From: an uncultured Gammaproteobacteria bacterium | Lineage (GTDB): Bacteria > Pseudomonadota > Gammaproteobacteria > Xanthomonadales > SZUA-36 | Direction of reading: 5' to 3' | Assembly: GCA_963759155.1 (NCBI GenBank) | Contig: CAVWXX010000027.1 | Span: 136,144-200,143, forward strand | Length of the DNA: 64,000 nucleotides | Shown: positions 53,765 through 61,192 of the stretch, piece after piece | How positions within the stretch are numbered: position 1 is the stretch's first letter | Layout: the number at the start of each line of letters is the position of its first letter | Translations under genes and position numbers: made by a program | The notes under the pieces: model-generated | What the model saw: the letters and a program-made list of their open reading frames with translations, nothing else | Told to the model about the DNA's origin: nothing | Database searches by the model: none

Positions 53765-54186
53765 GGTGCACGCTCTGAAGGTCAAACAAAAAAGAACGGT
53801 GACACCAAAAACATAGTTTCATAACGGTATTCCTTCTGCTAAACCAAGAGCATCAGTGAACACTTATTATGATTGGAGTAGAACACGTATAGAGGGCGTT
53901 TTAACTGATCTGGATCACTAATTTTGCCGATTTCAGTCGGTGTAAAAAGCCGCTGTTTCTTATGGCTATTCAGGTCATGTAAATAGGAGTTTTTTCGACT
54001 GTTTTTAATGGTTTTGCGCTTTTTTTTGAGACTTGGTTGGCGAATTTGAATGTCATTGGGCTACAATCAGAATGGCTGTTTTCCGGGTGTGTCCGAAGCG
54101 GTCGTATCACTTCGTTGCAAATTGCGCTGTTTTGCGGAAATAGGTTGAACAATAATGCCGGCAGTTACCATTTGGAGACCTGATCG

Positions 54187-55443
54187 ATGATAGAGCTAAA
54201 CACCGCCTGGGAATTTGGCTCCGCACTCGGGTTGGGTGTGCTCATCGGCATGGAGCGCCAGCGTACCCGCGGAGAAACAGAGATATTTGCCGGTGTCAGA
54301 ACCTTTGCCCTGGTGGCGCTTTTTGGTTCGCTCTCCGTCTATGCCAGTGAGCAATCAGGCTTACCCTGGCTTTTAGGCCTGATTTTTGTTTCAGTGTTGG
54401 CATTGGTCATAACGGGTTACCGGGCAACCTGCAGGCTTGGGCAGATCGGTGCTACCACTGAAGTTTCCGTTTTAATCACGTTCTTTGTGGGCTGCATCTG
54501 TGCCTGGGGACAGGTCGGTATTGCAGGGGCAATAACCGTGATAATGATGTTGTTGCTGTCTCTTAAAGGTTGGCTTCACGATCTCGCCAAACGCATTGAA
54601 CCCTCCGATGTTGAGGCAACACTTAAGTTCGCCATCATTACGCTGATTATTTTGCCGTTGGTGCCCAATACCAATTTCGGTCCGGAGGGACTTGAGGTTA
54701 TCAACCCATACAAGACGTGGCTGATGGTGGTATTAATTGCCGGGCTCAACTTCGTAGGTTATATCCTCGTCAAGGTATTGGGGAAGGAGCATGGGTTTGG
54801 CATCACGGGGTTGTTAGGTGGCCTGGTTTCCAGTACCGCTGTGACCCTTGGGTTTTCGCAACGCAGTCGTGTCGAGCCGAGTCTGACACCGGTTCTTGCA
54901 CTGGCTATTCTGCTGGCCTGGACGGTGATGTATTTCCGTGTGGTGGTGGAAGTCGGGGTGGTTAATTTCTCCCTGGCCAAGAGCCTGGCTTTGGGAATGT
55001 TGTTAATGGGTGCGGTGAGTGTCGTGATCTGCCTGCTGCTTTGGCGGCGGGGGCGAAGCAAGGAGAGAGCGGAAGTTGAATCAGGTAATAATCCGTTTGA
55101 ACTTGGTGATGCGATCAAGTTTGGTGGGCTATTTGCCGTCGTCATTTTCGTTGCCAGTGCCGCTCAGGTTTATTTTGGTGACACCGGTTTGTACGTGGCA
55201 GGTGCGTTGGCGGGTCTGACTGACGTGGATGCGATTGCGCTTTCAATGGCCAATCTTGCTCAGCAGGATCCTGCAATGTCCACCGCCGCAGCCCGAACGG
55301 TCGTTATCGCAGTGGTCTCCAACACCATGGTCAAGTGCGGTATGGCCATCTGGCTTGGTGCCCCATCCATGCGCCGTACAATGGTGCCTATCACGATAGT
55401 CCTGGCTTTATCGGGTGTCGGTGCTGCTTTTTTGGTGGGTTAG
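54187..55443 (+). CDS. MgtC/SapB-family membrane protein with a DUF4010-like C-terminal half
   Basis: 418 aa, multi-TM, N-terminal LGLGVLIGMERQ. Confidence 0.7.
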   Translation: MIELNTAWEFGSALGLGVLIGMERQRTRGETEIFAGVRTFALVALFGSLSVYASEQSGLPWLLGLIFVSVLALVITGYRATCRLGQIGATTEVSVLITFFVGCICAWGQVGIAGAITVIMMLLLSLKGWLHDLAKRIEPSDVEATLKFAIITLIILPLVPNTNFGPEGLEVINPYKTWLMVVLIAGLNFVGYILVKVLGKEHGFGITGLLGGLVSSTAVTLGFSQRSRVEPSLTPVLALAILLAWTVMYFRVVVEVGVVNFSLAKSLALGMLLMGAVSVVICLLLWRRGRSKERAEVESGNNPFELGDAIKFGGLFAVVIFVASAAQVYFGDTGLYVAGALAGLTDVDAIALSMANLAQQDPAMSTAAARTVVIAVVSNTMVKCGMAIWLGAPSMRRTMVPITIVLALSGVGAAFLVG

Positions 55444-55457
55444 ACAGATACCTGCGA

Positions 55458-55590
55458 TTAATTGGGGTCAGAGTAAAAACTCTTGGATTAATTGGGGTCA
55501 GAGTAAAAACTCAAGAGTTTTTACTCTGACCCCAATTAACTTAAAACTCAAGAGTTTTTACTCTGACCCCAATTAACTGACCCCAATTAA
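55458..55590. repeat. REP-like palindromic element cluster (core TTAATTGGGGTCAGAGTAAAAACTC)
   Basis: Forward copies at 55458-55482 and 55488-55512. Reverse copies at 55515-55539 and 55552-55576. Partial reverse copy at 55578-55590. Confidence 0.9.
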
Positions 55591-55618
55591 CTTCAGGCTG
55601 AGCGTGTTGAAGACAAGA

Positions 55619-56806
55619 TTACCTTTGAGTATCAACGATTACCCGCTCGACATCGCCGGTAAACTGTAATCGGTTTTCCATTTCAGGGGTCAGGTATACC
55701 GTTCCATTCTCGTCCACGACGGCAACCTGCTGTAAATCGAGTGCTCGGGCAACTTCAGGCCAGCCCTCCAGACCGGCAACCACCAGCGCCGTTGCGGCAG
55801 CATCTGCCAGTACTCCTTCCCTGGTGATAAGCGTGACCGATGCAATGTCCTTTGCAGGCCAACCGGTACCCGGGTCCAGAATGTGCGGGTAGCGTTCGGT
55901 TTTGTCCTGGCGGAAACGCTCATAGTTACCAGAAGTAAAAATGGCTTCATCACCCTCCACCTGCACAGAGCCGACCGTGCCACCGCCGGGTTTTCTGACA
56001 GCGACTCGCCAGGGCCGGTCACCGTGTGTACCGATGGCACGCAGGTCACCGCCGGCATTGACGATGGCATTGCTGATACCCAAAGAACGCAGCCTCTCGA
56101 TGGTGAGATCAACCGCATAGCCCTTGGCGATACCACCAAAGTCCAGTTGTACGGCAGGGTTGTCAGAGCTCAACTCAAGGCCGTTGATATGAATGTCATT
56201 ACTCGAAGGCTGGAGGTCCATTATCGCGCTGATTTGAGACGCGGAAGGGGGAGGGCCCTCAATCGGGTAATCGGATGTATGGAAGCCCCATAGCCTTATC
56301 AAAGCGCCAATAGCGGGGTTAAAACGGCCACCTGTAGCGGTTTCAAGGGGTTGTGAGCGACGGACCATTTCGACGATATCTTCGTCTGCGGTTGCGGGTC
56401 TGCCTTCGGCAAAAGCCTTGTTGATTTCCACCAGGCGACCCGGTTCCCAGGCATGCCAGTCACGGTGCATGGCCTGAAACATCTGTTGAATTTCGGTGAA
56501 TGCGTGTCCTGCCTCTTCTGGTGAGGCACCCCAGAGCTTGATCTCGACAATCGTGCCAAACACATATAACTCAGCGCTCTGCTCCTCGTCACGCTGACAG
56601 GCCGAAAGAAGCACCAGGCAAAACAGGGCAATGAGGATAATTGGGGTCAGAGTAAAAACTTTGAAGTTTTTACTCTGACCCCAATTATCCCTTGAATCTC
56701 TCGGAGCTGAATTAATGATGGTGGGATTTACCTTCGCTTGAGCACTCAGATTTGCCTGAGCAATCCTCACCGGTGCAACCTGCGCAGTTGCCTGGTCCTT
56801 CACCAC
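55619..56806 (-). CDS. apbE: FAD:protein FMN transferase ApbE (lipoprotein); true start uncertain
   Basis: ApbE-family body (NPAIGALIRLWGF, DFGGIAKGYAVD, AIVNAGGDL) and lipobox LLSAC. The upstream part of the ORF overlaps a small ORF and contains a REP-like palindrome. Confidence 0.85.
   Translation of the reverse strand: MVKDQATAQVAPVRIAQANLSAQAKVNPTIINSAPRDSRDNWGQSKNFKVFTLTPIILIALFCLVLLSACQRDEEQSAELYVFGTIVEIKLWGASPEEAGHAFTEIQQMFQAMHRDWHAWEPGRLVEINKAFAEGRPATADEDIVEMVRRSQPLETATGGRFNPAIGALIRLWGFHTSDYPIEGPPPSASQISAIMDLQPSSNDIHINGLELSSDNPAVQLDFGGIAKGYAVDLTIERLRSLGISNAIVNAGGDLRAIGTHGDRPWRVAVRKPGGGTVGSVQVEGDEAIFTSGNYERFRQDKTERYPHILDPGTGWPAKDIASVTLITREGVLADAAATALVVAGLEGWPEVARALDLQQVAVVDENGTVYLTPEMENRLQFTGDVERVIVDTQR
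56639..56686. repeat. REP-like palindrome of the same family as 55458-55590
   Basis: AATTGGGGTCAGAGTAAAAACT, TTGA, AGTTTTTACTCTGACCCCAATT. It lies inside the annotated 5' end of apbE. Confidence 0.9.
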
Positions 56807-56876
56807 GGCGATGGGTCAGGCCGAAGCCGATAAACAGCACGATGAGTAGTAGCAGGGGTGCGATATAACTTTCCAT
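56712..56876 (-). CDS. small membrane-anchored Cys-rich protein (NqrM-like / FeoB-associated Cys-rich-like)
   Basis: 54-aa ORF that I translated by hand: MESYIAPLLLLIVLFIGFGLTHRRGEGPGNCAGCTGEDCSGKSECSSEGKSHHH. It has one TM helix and a CxxC-x5-C-x5-C cluster. It starts 5 nt after the rnfA stop and is absent from the ORF track, which lists only ORFs of 60 aa or longer. Confidence 0.5.
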   Translation of the reverse strand: MESYIAPLLLLIVLFIGFGLTHRRGEGPGNCAGCTGEDCSGKSECSSEGKSHHH

Positions 56877-56881
56877 AGCCC

Positions 56882-57457
56882 TTATAGTAGCCCTGCAAAG
56901 CCCATAAATGCCATGGAAAGCGTTCCAGCGATAATCAGCACAAGACCGGTTCCCTTGGCGATACCGGGCACGTCTGAAAACTCAACCGATTCGCGAATAG
57001 AGGCCATCAGTACCAACGCAAGTGTCAGGCCAAGACCGGCGCCGACGGCGAAAGTCACACCCTGGAGAAAGCCGTACCCGCGGTTGGTCTGGAAAATCGC
57101 CAGGCCTAAAATAGCGCAGTTGGTTGTCATCAGGGGCAGGAAAATACCAAGTTGCCGGAATAAAACCGGGGACAGTTTTTTAACCGCCATCTCAACGATT
57201 TGTACCAGCGATGCAATCACGATTATGAACGAGATAATACGCAGGTAGGGCGCAGTTTCCAGTATGTAAGTATTTAGAAACCAGGCACTTGCCGCGGTCA
57301 GTACCAACACAAAAATATTGGCCAGACCCATACGCAGACCGGTTTCAACACGGGCGGAAACACCCATGAAGGGACACAGGCCCAGGAACATGGCCAGGGT
57401 AAAGTTGTTGACCACCATGGCGGAGAAAAAGATGGAAAATAGCGACTGGTCACTCAT
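56882..57457 (-). CDS. rnfA: Rnf electron transport complex subunit A
   Basis: 191 aa with FLGLCPFMGVS. 4-nt overlap with rnfE. Confidence 0.9.
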   Translation of the reverse strand: MSDQSLFSIFFSAMVVNNFTLAMFLGLCPFMGVSARVETGLRMGLANIFVLVLTAASAWFLNTYILETAPYLRIISFIIVIASLVQIVEMAVKKLSPVLFRQLGIFLPLMTTNCAILGLAIFQTNRGYGFLQGVTFAVGAGLGLTLALVLMASIRESVEFSDVPGIAKGTGLVLIIAGTLSMAFMGFAGLL

Positions 57458-58089
57458 GATGCGGCCTCCGTCGCCTGTTCGGCTTTCGTTTTCTTACGTT
57501 GCTCGATAGCACCCATCGCCAGCAAGATAAAACCGAGCGTCAGGAATCCGCCCGCTGGCAGAACCATGATGACCCAGGGCTCAAAGTTGGGGCCAAACAA
57601 CGAAACACCCAAAAAGCTGCCTACGCCGAGAATTTCACGGAAGCCGCCCATCATGACCAATGCGATGGTAAAGCCAATGCCGGTGCCGAAAGCGTCGAGC
57701 AAAGACCGGAATGGATTGTTCTTGGATGAAAATGTTTCCTGGCGTCCAAGGATCATACAGTTCACAACGATCAGGGCGATAAAGGCGCCCAGTTCTTTAT
57801 GTTGCACCGGTGCATAGGCCTGCAGCAGCATGTCGGCCAGTGTTACAAAGGTCGCAATGACCAGGATGTAGGCTGAAATGCGCACTTCATGTGGTATGAA
57901 TCGCTTACAGGTTGAAATCAGGACGCTTGAGCAGGACATGACAAAGAATGTCGCGCCGCTCATGGCCAGTGCATTGGCCACGCTGTTAGTGACGGCCAGG
58001 GCCGGGCACAGTCCAAGCATCTGTATCAGTACCGGGTTTTCTTTCCAGATACCGCGAACAAAATCTTGTGTTGGGCTAGTCGTTCTCAC
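57454..58089 (-). CDS. rnfE: Rnf electron transport complex subunit E
   Basis: 211 aa with WKENPVLIQMLGLCPALAVT. Confidence 0.9.
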   Translation of the reverse strand: MRTTSPTQDFVRGIWKENPVLIQMLGLCPALAVTNSVANALAMSGATFFVMSCSSVLISTCKRFIPHEVRISAYILVIATFVTLADMLLQAYAPVQHKELGAFIALIVVNCMILGRQETFSSKNNPFRSLLDAFGTGIGFTIALVMMGGFREILGVGSFLGVSLFGPNFEPWVIMVLPAGGFLTLGFILLAMGAIEQRKKTKAEQATEAAS

Positions 58090-58835
58090 TGTGCTACCTC
58101 CGCTGTTGCTGCATCAGCAGGTGATGGTGGAATGCCTTTATCCAATATGGGTTTCCATTCTTCCAGTGCGTTATTGATGATCTGGATGACGGCCTTTGAA
58201 GAGATTGTTGCGCCGGTGATCATGTCAATCTCATTGGGTTGACCCTTGCCGGCGCCTTCTTTGACGCCGAGCATAGGGGTTTCAGGCCCTGCGAAAAACT
58301 GATCAACAAAGTTCATATCCTTGAAGATCTTATCACCCAGTCCCGGTGTTTCCTTACTGTCCAGAATCTTCATGCCTGACAATTTTCCGGTAACCGGGTC
58401 ATGTCCGAAAATGACCATGATGACATCCTGAAAGCCCGATTCTCCGCGAGAAATTGCAACGCCCGTGGTCTCGCCATTTGCATCGCGGCCGACATAAACA
58501 CGCTTATACTCGCTCTCTTTTGCACCGCTTGGTAATTCAGCGGAGAGGTTATTGTCAACAAGGTAAAAAGTATCGTAACGCTCAACCCCCGGCAAAACCT
58601 CATAAACGGCCAGTTGCAGTTGCTCGGCTTTCCACTTATCAATAATAGGCTTGGTGTGCAGGTTCACCAGAACGATCAACAAGCCGGCTAATGCGCCTGC
58701 GATCGCCAGTGTGGCGACCAGGCGAAATGTTGAAACCTCTTTAGGTGCCTGTTCGTCTGTCGACGCCGGGCTATCCGTGTTCTCCACTTTGATATCCACG
58801 TCGATATGACCCTGGTTGTTGCTTTCCTGGCTCAT
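58086..58835 (-). CDS. rnfG: Rnf electron transport complex subunit G (FMN-binding)
   Basis: 249 aa. TM anchor and flavinylation motif DMITGATISSKAV. Confidence 0.88.
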   Translation of the reverse strand: MSQESNNQGHIDVDIKVENTDSPASTDEQAPKEVSTFRLVATLAIAGALAGLLIVLVNLHTKPIIDKWKAEQLQLAVYEVLPGVERYDTFYLVDNNLSAELPSGAKESEYKRVYVGRDANGETTGVAISRGESGFQDVIMVIFGHDPVTGKLSGMKILDSKETPGLGDKIFKDMNFVDQFFAGPETPMLGVKEGAGKGQPNEIDMITGATISSKAVIQIINNALEEWKPILDKGIPPSPADAATAEVAQ

Positions 58836-59848
58836 TTGTCCGCCTCCTTTTTCTTACCGGAGGTTCCGAATAACCGTGGCTGCGTGGCGCGGTTAATAAA
58901 GGGGACCAGTGCATTCATCAATAGAATGGAATACATCACACCTTCTGGCAGACCGCCCCAGATTCGAATGATGACCGTCAGAAGGCCTATCCCGAAACCG
59001 AATACCCAGCAACCCTTGGTGCTTAACGGGGAGGTCACCATGTCGGTTGCCATGTACCACGCGCCGAGCATCAAGCCACCCGAGAACAACATGAACCAGG
59101 GGGAAAAATCTGATATGCCGATAACGTAAAACAAACCGGAAACCAGAAAGGTGGTCACGAAAATACTGACGGGGATATGCCAGTTAAGGTGACCACGCAC
59201 GGCCAGGTAAATACCGCCCAACAGGATCAACACTGCAGAGGTTTCACCCACGGAGCCATTGATGGTTCCCAGCATAAGATCCAAAAGCGGTGTTGCTACC
59301 GGATCATCGCCGAATTTCATGTTGCCTAACGGTGTCGCCGCCGTTACCGTGTCCGGCATCGGGGTCATGAAAGGCAAGGCAAAGTTATCTCCTTGCAGGT
59401 TCCACCAGTGTTCTGTGCCCGATGGCCAGGTGGTTATTGCGACAGGGAAAGCCGCCTGTAAAAAAGCGCGACCGACCAGTGCAGGATTAAAGATATTCTG
59501 ACCAAGACCGCCGTAGATGAGTTTGCCAAAACCCATGCCAAATACGCCACCCAGGAACGCCATCCAGAGCGGAAAACCGGGTGGAAGACACAAACCAAGC
59601 AACAGACCGGTAATCATGGCTGACCCATCTGCAACTGACCCGGGGTTGGATCCAAACATGCGTTCTGTAATCAGACAGCCTGCCACACTCGCAATGATGA
59701 CAAGTATTGCACTTGGACCAAAAAAATAGATCGATGAGGCGATAACCGGCAGCAGGCTTATCACCACCGACCACATGATTTTCGTCGTCGAGTCAGGCGA
59801 GCGAACATGCGGTGACGCAGTTATTATTACCTTGGTATTATCTGTCAT
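58832..59848 (-). CDS. rnfD: Rnf electron transport complex subunit D
   Basis: 338 aa, polytopic, NqrB/RnfD family, with DTVTAATPLG at the flavinylation site. Confidence 0.9.
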   Translation of the reverse strand: MTDNTKVIITASPHVRSPDSTTKIMWSVVISLLPVIASSIYFFGPSAILVIIASVAGCLITERMFGSNPGSVADGSAMITGLLLGLCLPPGFPLWMAFLGGVFGMGFGKLIYGGLGQNIFNPALVGRAFLQAAFPVAITTWPSGTEHWWNLQGDNFALPFMTPMPDTVTAATPLGNMKFGDDPVATPLLDLMLGTINGSVGETSAVLILLGGIYLAVRGHLNWHIPVSIFVTTFLVSGLFYVIGISDFSPWFMLFSGGLMLGAWYMATDMVTSPLSTKGCWVFGFGIGLLTVIIRIWGGLPEGVMYSILLMNALVPFINRATQPRLFGTSGKKKEADK

Positions 59849-61170
59849 GATTTCGGCAGTCTTCTAAGTTGTGTTTTTGACATGGCAAAATACTGGGAAA
59901 GGGGAATGTTGGACGGGCAGACGAATGAACAGGATCCGCACAGCATGCAATCGTTCAAATGCGCCTTTTCTACTAATTCTTCATAACGCTCCGCCTTGGC
60001 CAGATCTTTCATCCATTGTGGGTTCAGGAAAATAGGGCAGGCTTCAAGACATTTTCCGCAACGAATACACGGCAAAATATCCTGTCGTTTACATTCGCTT
60101 TTTGAAAGTACAAGTATGCCGCCTGTGCCCTTGAGCACCGGCACATCCAGGTCGGATATTGCCTGGCCCATCATCGGACCGCCAAATACAATTTCGGCTG
60201 CGTCATCCGTCATGCCACCGCAATGCTCAATGACATCCCGCAGTTTCGTACCAAAAGGGATTTTCCAGTTACCCGGTTTTTTAATACCACGTCCGCTTAC
60301 CGTCATGATACGTTCAATCAAGGGGTGCCCGGTTTGAAAAACTGCGGCTACGTTGGCAGCCGTAGCCACATTCTGAACCATCGCACCAATCGCACTTGGA
60401 AGAGCGCCGGATGGGACCTCGCGGCCCATGACGGCCTTGATTAACATTTTCTCGGCACCCTGTGGATATTTAACCGTCAAGGGCTGAATAGTGGCGTCGA
60501 GATCAGCGGGCTTGGCTTTCCGCATTACTTCTATGGCATCGGGCTTGTTGTTTTCAATCCCTATAACACAGCGTGTGATACCCAGTGCCTTAAGTTCAAT
60601 TCGAATGCCTTCGTAAACCATCTCCGGTTGCTCAAGCATCACGCGGTGATCTGAGGTGAGATAGGGTTCACACTCACTTCCATTGATGATTAACAACTCA
60701 ATCGGCTGGTCTTTTGGAGGGCACAGCTTGACATGGGACGGAAACGCCGCGCCACCCAGGCCAACGATACCGGCCTTGGCGATTTCCTTGGAAAGATCTT
60801 CTTCTTTCACATCCTGCCAGCGCGGTATCATCCGGTTTCGTCGCATCTGCGAGGAATTCTGGTCTACGGTAATACGGATTGACGGTACCATCTGGCCATT
60901 AGGGTGAGGCCAGAGCTCAATCGATTTCACCGTCCCGGCAGCCGTGGCATGCACGGTCGATGAAATAAAACCCGCCGCCTCGGCAATCACATCGCCCCGC
61001 TCAACATGGTCGCCGACTTTAACCAGGGCTTTCGCCGGCGATCCAATATGTTGTGACAGCGGAAGAATGACTTCCTTCGGGAACGGAAACCGCTTCGAGG
61101 GTATCCCCGAAGTGATGTCCTTGTTCTCCGGCGGATGAACCCCGTGTTTAAAACTTGGTAAACCTTTCAT
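59845..61170 (-). CDS. rnfC: Rnf electron transport complex subunit C
   Basis: 441 aa. Motifs GLGGAAFP and CIRCGKCLEACP, plus CMLCGSCSFVCP (two 4Fe-4S sites). Confidence 0.9.
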   Translation of the reverse strand: MKGLPSFKHGVHPPENKDITSGIPSKRFPFPKEVILPLSQHIGSPAKALVKVGDHVERGDVIAEAAGFISSTVHATAAGTVKSIELWPHPNGQMVPSIRITVDQNSSQMRRNRMIPRWQDVKEEDLSKEIAKAGIVGLGGAAFPSHVKLCPPKDQPIELLIINGSECEPYLTSDHRVMLEQPEMVYEGIRIELKALGITRCVIGIENNKPDAIEVMRKAKPADLDATIQPLTVKYPQGAEKMLIKAVMGREVPSGALPSAIGAMVQNVATAANVAAVFQTGHPLIERIMTVSGRGIKKPGNWKIPFGTKLRDVIEHCGGMTDDAAEIVFGGPMMGQAISDLDVPVLKGTGGILVLSKSECKRQDILPCIRCGKCLEACPIFLNPQWMKDLAKAERYEELVEKAHLNDCMLCGSCSFVCPSNIPLSQYFAMSKTQLRRLPKS

Positions 61171-61192
61171 AATTGAATTATCCGTTCAACAA

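Noticed and set aside
55335-55529. 64-aa plus-strand ORF ending in LIGVRVKTLGLIGVRVKTQEFLL
   Set aside because: It runs from an alternative frame of the MgtC-like gene's 3' end into the REP-like repeat cluster, whose translation gives the repeated LIGVRVKT tail. It is not a gene.
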